Below, one piece after another: positions 1 to 7,912 of a DNA stretch of 7,912 nucleotides. The stretch covers positions 1-7,912 of the forward strand of contig NW_002060959.1 of the NCBI RefSeq assembly GCF_000150275.1. Direction: 5' to 3'. Below the pieces are notes generated by a model. It searched no databases, was not told the DNA's origin, and worked only from the letters and a program-made list of their open reading frames with translations. Position 1 is the stretch's first letter, and every line of letters starts with the position of its first letter. The DNA is from Trichoplax adhaerens. Its lineage: Eukaryota > Animalia > Placozoa. Position numbers and translations under genes: made by a program.

Positions 1-3000
1 ATTCACATAATATCAAACATTCATTCGTAAAGTATATGATTTTTCCTTTATTACGTATATTGTAATCTCATCGTATTCCAATATCACCCTAAAATCTGAC
101 AGCTAGTAATATGCATATACACGTATGCTAACCGCCGTAACTGCAATATTCGATACGCGTAGATCTGTTCATTACTGTAAATTTACGATGTTAATTAATA
201 ATAGTCTTCCTGTCGAATTAGTTCATCGAAATCATAATGAATTGATGCAAAAACCAGAGAACTAGATTTTCAACACATTTAGGATAAAGATAACAATTAT
301 CATCTACAATTGCATTTAACGCATTTCTCTGATCATTTAGTTGATATTATGCTTTCGATCACCTCATTCATTATCAAATATTATCTACAGTAGATAGTCC
401 GCCATTCCACAAGCTCCTGTAATTAGATGGATATAAAAAAAACTAGTAGTGTTACATTAAGTATTCTAGCAGTTATATCGAAAGCCGATAAACAGTTAGC
501 AATGAATAAAATTGAAGATTTTTATTGAAATATTCGTATCAGTAATACAGGCCTGATTTATACTCTTATATTAAGAAATGTTCAATATTTCGATACATTC
601 GTGGAATATGGATTTAAGTTCACATTTAATTTTTATAAGGATTTATTATACTGCACCAGCAGGTATGTTTGTGTCATATATTTAGATGTATAGATACTTT
701 AGCCTGATATCAATCCATTCCAACTAGTGATTATATTCTACAATAATACCGTTACTTTTAATTAGTATTACTTACAAACGTTTCTTATACTATACTATAT
801 TAATCCTCTAGGAGTAAATCGCCGTAGGCGTATGACACAATTTAGACAATCTCAGTTTAATTTTTAAAATTTCTCTGAGCTGCTTACGTTCGTCATCGAC
901 GTAAGATTACGGTTTCTTAGTATAAAGGAACATTTTAATTTTACTAACGCATCTGCTGTCAATCATAGCGACAAGTAACTACCTCAGCGGAGCAAAAGTT
1001 ACAGTAAATACGTTGTCATGTTATCAGAATACTCGTTACTTCAACTATAAGTTTCAAAATGATACAAAGTGAAAGAAACTTAAAATTTTAATCCATAAAT
1101 AAATTGTTGCAATATTTCTTACAGTTAATAACATGCAGAGGAGACACTTTAAAGTGTTATGAGGTATGAATTCGAGATATAATGAAGAATTAGAATATTA
1201 ATAAACTAGCTAGATAGATTTCATTTCCAGAAATTATAAACTAAAGTTAGTGTTTGTGTTAGCATTGTAAATACTCGTATTCATCAATTTGTTTACAAAT
1301 TGATCCCAGATTCATAAATTTCGTAATAACAAGATATTATTCAGATTTATGTAGCAATGGTTTAATTCCAAATTCAAACTTAAATCAAGAGTAGGCTATA
1401 ATGTTAAAGTATATATGAAAATTCTGGTCTTTAATCATCTCAATATTATTTTACACAAGTTTTTATACCGTTTTCAAGTAAGAATTGAGTAACATCAGAA
1501 AATTATTTCAAGAAAATCAAATGCACCACTTTGATAGCAAGAAAATAATAACTACCATCATTGAAAATAGTAATCCAACGAAGGACTTGCGCGCAAACTT
1601 TTATAAAGATTTCTCTTCATTTTAATTCATTATTATACATCAAAGTTCTTACTCAAGAAAAAGAAAGATGAATTTCAGAAATCATCAAATAAATTGTGTA
1701 ATTTTGTTAAACCAACGAAGGAATCGAAAATCAATTCGATCTCCAATTAATTAAGATAACGTAGTGTAACTCGTAAAGTAGCTTAAGGTTACGATTATAA
1801 GATTATGCAAGAATACCTGAAGTTTTAGATTTGCTTATAAGATCATGCAATTTTCCCTTTCTTGATAGTACAATAAATATTTAGTTTAACTTACAAAATA
1901 TCACATATGGATAATACAATAAAGTTTAGTTTTAATTGAGGAAGTCGATAAGTTAGTTGATAACAGATGATTATTAGTGATTAGCAGTAGATTGCAAGTT
2001 ATGAGTTCAATCGGATATTTTAGTAAATAGCTTTTAGAATAAAGTTTTGATTCTTAGCGTGAGTATTCTATCTTCTAAGACTCGAATCTAAGTTTGGTAG
2101 ATTAAAGAGTGTTTAGAGTTAGTCGCTTAGATAGTTAAGACTACTTTAGAGGAAAGAATCCCGTTCATTTTCGTGTTGCAATCTCGGTTGTGGCAGAAGA
2201 TGTGTTGGCCTCCCTAACAATCCTAAGCCAAGATTTTTGGGGTAACCAAATAAGAATTAAACTACTGCCTAGTGGATAAGGAGTATGAATTTGCCAAGTG
2301 TATTTTATCTCCTCGCCATCTTACTTTAATAATTAGTTACTAACACAACACACGTAATCGTATCGTAAGAATTTCAGAGCTAAATGAACTATATTTTAGG
2401 GTATTTTAAGTTATAAAATATGCATACTTGAACTGCAGGCGCTTTTTTTTTGTAGATCTGTAATATTATGTTTTGTTAACTCGTCACTGCAACTAAATAT
2501 ACTCTTACTGACCTTTAGTTTTAGTTCGTATTTTACAAAATCACTATAATAATGATACGATCGTGTTATGTAGTTTTTACATTACGTTAAAACTAGTCGA
2601 TTGGAATAATCAGCATTGCTAAAGTTCATTTACCCACGCTTCAATAGCCAATGAAGAATGGATTAAGAACGAGCTCTATTAGGATTGAAATTGTTCCCTT
2701 GAAATACAGTGCAATTGGCGATTAACACATTGCAAAGCCTACACACTGAAGGTAGGTCTCATTTTATTAATGAAGAAAATAGCATCATCGAATAAAGTAT
2801 AACTACTTTTTCCATAATGTTTCTATAAGCCGAATTCAAATTTCTTGGAAAGATACTCTCTACAGCTAGAAACATCACTTCAGTACAATTCATCCTATGT
2901 TAATAGTCAATCTCAATTTGTTAGTATAAAAGGGCTGCAAGATTTTGCAACGTCTACAAGCTAATTACACAATTGTGATAAGCTTAATTCCGCCACTTTT

Positions 3001-3061
3001 TACTGCTTTGCTGGCTATGTATCCCCCTAATTTTTTCGAACACAGTCATACTTGTCTGCAC

Positions 3062-3133
3062 TCAAGTGCAGCAATCAAGTAGTATGGTATCTTGAAATGA
3101 CACCAAATCATCCACAGTGACCCTCGACGATGC
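3062..3133 (-). CDS. Putative terminal (or stop-interrupted) exon of the minus-strand gene
   Basis: Acceptor gaaatag|; phase-0 reading ASSRVTVDDLVSFQDTILLDCCT* with TGA at 3064-3062. Locally GC-richer than its flanks. An alternative frame (HRRGSLWMIWCHFKIPYYLIAALECRQ|gtatga) cannot be excluded. Confidence 0.3.
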   Translation of the reverse strand, partial: ASSRVTVDDLVSFQDTILLDCCT

Positions 3134-3433
3134 CTATTTCACGCTTTGCAAATTAAGACTAGTTTATTGTGTTAGAGGTATTAAAAATATCACTCAAACA
3201 AGTAACTCATTCTTCTAGGGAAAAATCGTTATATAATGCCACCTTAAGTAATCATGCTGTCGGCTGTATCTAACATGGAGCCCATTACAAGATTGCAACT
3301 TTTATCTAATTAAAGTTTCATTTTAAATCTAGACTTGCAATTATAAAATTCAGGAACAATAAAGGGGAGCTTTCGTAACCGTTTAGCCTAAGCATATTTA
3401 AATAGTCAAACGTAAATGGTATTTCAAGTTCAC

Positions 3434-3510
3434 CTGCTTAAAATCATCTTTGAAGTAATATACAAGTATGACTGCATGAGTACAATTACGAATATCATGT
3501 TTTACCCTTG
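3434..3510 (-). CDS. Putative exon of the minus-strand gene (5' end in assembly gap)
   Basis: Only one minus-strand frame is open: RVKHDIRNCTHAVILVYYFKDDFKQ, ending at donor CAG|gtgaac (phase 0). Confidence 0.35.
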
Positions 3511-3625
3511 NNNNNNNNNNNNNNNNNNNNNNNNNNNNNNNNNNNNNNNNNNNNNNNNNNNNNNNNNNNNNNNNNNNNNNNNNNNNNNNNNNNNNNNNNN
3601 NNNNNNNNNNNNNNNNNNNNNNNNN
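3511..3625. other. Assembly gap (115 N)
   Basis: Run of N. Confidence 0.99.
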
Positions 3626-3836
3626 ATTCTTTATAGCCCAGAAAACTTTTAGCAGCAAAGTAAAAGTATAAATCACCTAGATTTAGCTATAATTCAAATA
3701 GTTATCATAGAATAATTAACGTATTCTCTATAGCCAAGAAAACTTTTAGCAGCAAATACAAGGTGTTCAGCAGCAAAGTAAAAGTATAAATCATCTAGAG
3801 TCACTATAATTCAAATGGTTATGATAGAATAATTAA
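3626..3836. repeat. Imperfect tandem duplication, ~95-bp unit, two visible copies
   Basis: Copy 1 (3626-3719, attctttatagcccagaaaacttttagcagcaaagtaaaagtataaatca...atagaataattaa) aligns with copy 2 (3723-3836, attctctatagccaagaaaacttttagcagcaaa[+21 bp]gtaaaagtataaatca...atagaataattaa). Confidence 0.92.
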
Positions 3837-4012
3837 GAAATAATTGATCTACCTACCTAGATATATGCACTATTTATCTAGCTAGCTGTGCGAGTAACTT
3901 TTTGCAAAATAAGCGTTCTAAATGATTTCACATTATTATATCACATAGATGGATTTACTTTCATCTGAGATTGTAAAGCAATTGAGCATAGGAAACTTCT
4001 TGATTGACTAAC

Positions 4013-4144
4013 CGTGTCATTGACACAATAGGGACTACCACCATCTTGATAAGATTTCTCCAATACATTTAACCACAACGCTAGAAATTCTTCATGAAAT
4101 TCTTTTATTTGACAAGCCATCAAAGGAAGAATTAGTACATTACA
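4013..4144 (-). CDS. Probable internal exon of the minus-strand gene
   Basis: Acceptor tttgccttttacactag| follows a 100-nt intron with an in-frame phase-0 join: CNVLILPLMACQIKEFHEEFLALWLNVLEKSYQDGGSPYCVNDT|gttagt. An alternative donor AAA|gtaaat lies near 3958. Overlaps supplied ORF 3941..4123. Confidence 0.55.
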
Positions 4145-4244
4145 CTAGTGTAAAAGGCAAACTTATCGATATACACTGATCATGACTGCACGACTGTAAA
4201 ATGGTTATCAAGTAAATTAAGCCTGCGACGCATAGTAAAGTCAC

Positions 4245-4369
4245 TTCCATACTTTTCGTTTTTTTGGCGCCTTGAAAGTAAATAGCAACCAGTTTTTCCA
4301 ATAAATCACAGGCAGCAACGATCATCATTTGGATCTTGTACTCTTCTTGGCTGTTATTGCTATGGAAAC
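4245..4369 (-). CDS. Probable internal exon of the minus-strand gene
   Basis: Very strong acceptor: a long pyrimidine tract on the minus strand (about 4431-4373), a ctgac branch-like motif and ttttaatacag|. Reads FHSNNSQEEYKIQMMIVAACDLLEKLVAIYFQGAKKTKSME to GAA|gtgact. Overlaps supplied ORF 4140..4328. Confidence 0.55.
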
Positions 4370-4400
4370 CTGTATTAAAATTGAAAAATTAAATTATAGT

Positions 4401-4428
4401 CAGAAAAGAAGTAGCAGAAAAGAAGTTG
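4401..4428. repeat. 14-bp tandem duplication
   Basis: cagaaaagaagtag followed by cagaaaagaagttg, within the pyrimidine tract of a minus-strand intron. Confidence 0.75.
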
Positions 4429-4674
4429 AAAGACATATAGTTTAAATCTCTTTGAAACAATTTTATGAGACATCTGTACTATAAAAGGCTAAGCAGTAGT
4501 AGTGTACGATTCTGTATATGAGTATGCAAATATTGATGCTGCCGTTACGATATCGTGGCCACTATTTTCATGGAATAGCATTAGAAATAGAAACGCTCAT
4601 GTAATGAGTAATGAGGTAATATTCATGTGCAGCTAATCTTAAATTAATCAAAATTTTAGAAAGGACTTAATTAC

Positions 4675-4785
4675 TTTTTCAATATTATACGGTTGCTTTA
4701 ACAGCAGTAGGCAATCTTTGCTTATTAGTATCGTAGACAACATGGCATTTGCAATGCAAGTAACTACAGTCGTAATCAAGCTTTT
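4675..4785 (-). CDS. Putative exon of the minus-strand gene
   Basis: Acceptor catcttaccag| and donor AAA|gtaatt bound 37 open codons, KSLITTVVTCIANAMLSTILISKDCLLLLKQPYNIEK. Its phase-0 end does not join directly to exon 4369, which needs phase 1. Confidence 0.3.
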
Positions 4786-5142
4786 CTGGTAAGATGTCCA
4801 TTACTTCAAGGGTGGTTGGTCAATACAATCACAATGCATGCGGATTAAATTACAAAGTAATTAAAGCGTACAAGCATGGTATAACACGAGCAATGACTAA
4901 ATCCTTTTCTTGAAGTTCGCAGCTTACTATTGCTGCTGTCTAAAGGCAGCCGATTCCCAATGCAAAATGTGGATTTCATAGAAATCATAGTGAATTAAAA
5001 ATTCAGCGAGTACATTCTGAGACTACTAATGAGAGTAGGTCAAGGAACTTGGCGCTAGGTCTCGACACACTCCAGTCCCGGCCGAAGACTGGTATTACTA
5101 CTATAGCATATCATTAAATTAGCTTGGTTAATGTTCATGTAC

Positions 5143-5216
5143 AAGGAGTGAGAATTGGTGAAGTTCGCTAATTGAAATGGTTGACATATAAACCAATGAA
5201 AGCGCCGAACAACTCT
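5143..5216 (-). CDS. Putative exon of the minus-strand gene
   Basis: Acceptor ctcttag|; phase-1 reading (E)SCSALSLVYMSTISISELHQFSLL. The donor gtacat is weak and the downstream join is unresolved. Confidence 0.25.
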
Positions 5217-5293
5217 CTAAGAGTTTGTATTCAAGATTATTGAAATCATAAAAAATGCGCATGAGCTTTAATAACATAAAGCATGAAATATAC

Positions 5294-5345
5294 CTAGTTC
5301 TTTAGCCAGATAGACAGTAATAGCATGATTTCGACATAATATACG
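5294..5345 (-). CDS. Putative exon of the minus-strand gene (5' end in assembly gap)
   Basis: Open frame RILCRNHAITVYLAKEL plus G to donor AG|gtatat (phase 1). It joins in frame to candidate exon 5216-5143 across a 77-nt intron. Confidence 0.35.
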
Positions 5346-5606
5346 NNNNNNNNNNNNNNNNNNNNNNNNNNNNNNNNNNNNNNNNNNNNNNNNNNNNNNN
5401 NNNNNNNNNNNNNNNNNNNNNNNNNNNNNNNNNNNNNNNNNNNNNNNNNNNNNNNNNNNNNNNNNNNNNNNNNNNNNNNNNNNNNNNNNNNNNNNNNNNN
5501 NNNNNNNNNNNNNNNNNNNNNNNNNNNNNNNNNNNNNNNNNNNNNNNNNNNNNNNNNNNNNNNNNNNNNNNNNNNNNNNNNNNNNNNNNNNNNNNNNNNN
5601 NNNNNN
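5346..5606. other. Assembly gap (261 N)
   Basis: Run of N. Confidence 0.99.
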
Positions 5607-5661
5607 CCGTAGCCATGGACTCTCATTCGTGCATATACACTGTTCTATTTATTTGACTCAC

Positions 5662-5728
5662 CAGCATCTCTTAGGTATAAAAATTGATTGATTTCATCAA
5701 TAAAGATAGTGGTAGTAGGGACTGAAAC
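5662..5728 (-). CDS. Putative internal exon of the minus-strand gene
   Basis: Strong acceptor caattacag| and canonical donor CTG|gtgagt. Open reading VSVPTTTIFIDEINQFLYLRDA plus G (phase 0 to 1). Confidence 0.55.
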
Positions 5729-5887
5729 CTGTAATTGACGATTATGAAACAACTGTAATATTTTAAATCAGTTTTAAGGAAGTATTTTAGTATTTCGTTG
5801 TATTTGCAATCGTCAGCAGTCTAAATTGACGAATAGATCGCGTTGAACTTAAGATTCTTAATTCTGCTATGCTTATAACATAATTAC

Positions 5888-5950
5888 TTGGTTACTTGTG
5901 TAAATGGCATCATATACGCAGTAAATATGACTGATCTTTCTAGTTGTCAT
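5888..5950 (-). CDS. Putative first coding exon of the minus-strand gene (unknown protein)
   Basis: ATG at 5950 (alternative in-frame ATG at 5977) reads MTTRKISHIYCVYDAIYTSNQ to donor CAA|gtaatt. This is phase 0 and compatible with exon 5728-5662. Confidence 0.35.
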
Positions 5951-5977
5951 CAGTATACTGTACTGATACGTTAACAT

Positions 5978-6421
5978 TGAGCTATAGCTGCTATCTATTT
6001 CCACTAATTAAATTAAAACTCTGCTATAGCTTTATTAATTAACTGACTTGGAAAAATAATGTAATCGAAGGCTACTATCAATTTTAAAACTTTCTAACAT
6101 GCATCAAAAGCATCAGTTTACATGAAATAGATTTTGCGCTATTTTTGTTAACCATTACCTCTTAATAAGTAAGAAAAATTTTAGCATTGGCGCGGGTAAC
6201 AGCAAAATAATCATTAATAAGATACCAGTTTTTTGATACAGATTATTCCAAAATAATTACACATCCCCTACTACCCAACCCAACAGTATAAAGCGCTTAT
6301 CTTAAATACAATCGCTTTTAATTAGAATTAGCGCAAAAGAAAAAAAGATACAGCTTCTATCAAAACTGTAGCTTTTCTCGAACTTAAACATCTATTTAAT
6401 ATTTTAGAAAAGCCACCCAAA
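5978..6421. promoter_or_regulatory. Candidate shared (divergent) promoter and 5'UTR region
   Basis: Lies between the putative minus-strand start (5950/5977) and the CARD ATG (6422). Contains TATAAAG at 6287-6293 and possible + strand UTR donors (gtaaga about 6169, gtaaca about 6196). This is positional inference only. Confidence 0.3.
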
Positions 6422-6594
6422 ATGTCCTCAGGATCAATGACTCAAGAACATCGTGAAATCCTAAGAGCCAGTCGTATGTTACTTGCTCAAAAATGTCGGG
6501 ATCAAATCTCACCGATATGTGAATATTTACTTGAAGCGGAAATATTAACATTTTGCCACAAACAAGTAATCGAATCTAAATCGACGGCTTTTGA
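6422..6594 (+). CDS. CARD-domain protein, coding exon 1 (CARD helices 1-3 and start of helix 4)
   Basis: Manual translation from the ATG at 6422 (context AAAATGT) gives MSSGSMTQEHREILRASRMLLAQKCRDQISPICEYLLEAEILTFCHKQVIESKSTAF plus GA, ending at donor GA|gtaagg (phase 2). The pattern M..EH..IL...R..L....I...LL...ILT......I matches caspase-2/RAIDD CARD N-termini. A possible acceptor (attttag, AG at 6406-6407) lies just upstream. Confidence 0.9.
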
Positions 6595-6750
6595 GTAAGG
6601 AATTTTTATATAGTACATGTTCAGTAACTGTTAAACAGTATTCTATCTAATATGCAAGCGCACGCTAAATTAATAGTTTGCTTATTTACTGCAAGAATAA
6701 ATTTTGTAGTAGGAGAGCAGTTATCGTCATTATTTAATTTTATTTTACAG

Positions 6751-6860
6751 AAAAGTTCGGACTTTATTGAATATTCTGCCTGAGCGTGGCGATAGAGCCT
6801 TTGATGAGTTTTGCAATGCTTTAACATATTGTGAAATAACAGTGGAAAACTTCAATAGTG
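6751..6860 (+). CDS. CARD-domain protein, coding exon 2 (CARD helices 4-5)
   Basis: Strong acceptor tttattttacag| and donor G|gtaagc. The phase-2 join to exon 1 across a 156-nt intron gives (E)KVRTLLNILPERGDRAFDEFCNALTYCEITVENFNS. LLNILPERGDRAFDEFCNAL matches the CARD hallmark (recalled caspase-2 [20 protein letters not shown] and RAIDD LLDILPSRGPKAFDTFL). Confidence 0.92.
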
Positions 6861-7316
6861 GTAAGCATTAAAGTTTACAAATAGACCTAACGATTAAGAC
6901 TTAAGGATGTGATACACGATTATCCCACTTTCGAGTAGAAATAACAATAAAACGATCAGAGTAGAGAATAGTACGACAAGTACCGGTAATTAATAATATA
7001 GCTTTTTCGTAATTTAGAAAGTACAGCTTTTTCCGAAACTTTAGCTATAAAGGGCCTATGATAGCTAAAATTGCTCTATCGCAAGTCAATTGATAGAATC
7101 TGTTGCATCGATCAAAGTTATCCCTACTTTACAGCTTCTGTATTTGCATGCACTTAAAAATAGAGCTCATTTAAAGATCGAATAGTGTTAAAATACCTGC
7201 AAGGGTATTACATCGAGCCTATTGAACAAACTTATGTGTTTAGTATTTAAGAGTAGAAAGCGAATATTTTGGTATTTACACATGTTTTACTCGCTTCTGT
7301 TAACGCAAATTGATAG

Positions 7317-7400
7317 GTCTTGGGTCTATTTTGCAAGAATCTGAGATTAGTCGAAAGGAAGAAACAGCAATGCAAAACGCTATGAATCCAAATCAAGATG
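7317..7400 (+). CDS. CARD-domain protein, coding exon 3 (probable helix 6 plus linker); gene continues beyond the window
   Basis: Acceptor tgatag| and canonical donor G|gtaagt bound an 84-nt symmetric phase 1-1 exon. It is open in the frame required by exon 2: (G)LGSILQESEISRKEETAMQNAMNPNQD. The window ends in a pyrimidine tract (tttcctttcgatttttctatc), suggesting the next acceptor lies just outside. Confidence 0.75.
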
Positions 7401-7912
7401 GTAAGTTAGTAATGGTCGTCTATTCATCGTAATTAGTTTCCTTGCATACGATATCGCAATGTATCAAAGTCAAAGTCATAAAATTAGGGATTTAAACAGA
7501 TAGATTATAATGAATCAAAAGTGCAATCAAGGCTTAATGTAACAGTATAAACTAGTACAATGCTTAGAGAAGTTACAACAGAAAGAAATGATAAGCTAAT
7601 AGTTTAGTTGATATAGATTGTTCTGCTATGATTTGATTTTATAAATGCACGTATAACAATGTGCACTTTTACTTTGAAACAAAATTTGTACTAAAAACTA
7701 TCATAGATAAACAAACTAGCTTACATTACGATTAATTAATTAATGTTCTATCCTACTTGAAATTACTGCATTAGCAAGATTAAACTAGCTATAAGTAATT
7801 GGCCGCTACCGCTAACTTTATAAAGCCTACATAGCATGATGCTTATGTTATAAACCTGCAATAAGAATCAGGTTATCAACTTATTACATAATTTCCTTTC
7901 GATTTTTCTATC

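Noticed and set aside
640-662. Plus-strand micro-exon (ttttataag|...CAG|gtatgt)
   Set aside because: The splice signals are good, but it is only 23 nt and no partner exons could be linked.
883-905. Hairpin cttacgt...acgtaag and other short palindromes (e.g. 5949-5967)
   Set aside because: Stems of about 7 bp are expected by chance in AT-rich DNA, and there is no TIR/TSD or RNA-gene context.
3398-3676. Supplied ORFs 3398..3676 and 3416..3652 as whole genes
   Set aside because: They span the N gap and run into the tandem repeat. Only 3510-3434 (minus) is kept as a possible exon.
3626-3836. CRISPR-like repeat-spacer array
   Set aside because: There are only two long diverged copies, no unique spacers, no cas genes, and the context is eukaryotic.
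5294-5626. Supplied ORFs 5294..5626 and 5302..5616
   Set aside because: They are artefacts of translating through Ns. The splice-consistent frame is the third one.
5612-5656. Strong Kozak-like gccATGg as an upstream start of the CARD gene
   Set aside because: The frame stops after 13 codons, no good donor in a compatible phase was found, and it lies within a minus-strand intron.
6785-6793. RGD tripeptide in the CARD as an integrin ligand
   Set aside because: It occupies the conserved RG(P/x) turn of a cytosolic CARD, so the match is coincidental.
6621-6827. Supplied 68-aa minus-strand ORF
   Set aside because: It is an antisense shadow of CARD exon 2 and its upstream intron, with no recognisable motif.
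6422-7400. Naming the CARD gene CASP2 or CRADD
   Set aside because: The diagnostic C-terminal domain is outside the window, so orthology cannot be assigned.

Overview
This is AT-rich eukaryotic genomic DNA from a draft assembly, with two N gaps (3511-3625 and 5346-5606) and short GT-AG introns. It is consistent with a compact invertebrate genome such as a placozoan, though that assignment is an inference. It is not prokaryotic, and I see no RNA genes, CRISPR arrays or transposases. The clearest feature is missed by the ORF track: a spliced + strand gene whose first three coding exons (6422-6594, 6751-6860, 7317-7400) join in frame into an N-terminal caspase-2/RAIDD-type CARD domain plus linker, and which continues past the window end. 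Head-to-head with it is a probable multi-exon - strand gene (about 5950 down to 3062) that I could only partly reconstruct. It encodes a helical-looking protein with weak, collinear resemblance to Lines/LINS1 (speculative). A diverged ~95-bp tandem duplication abuts the first gap. Bases 1-3000 show only weak, unresolved exon-like segments.
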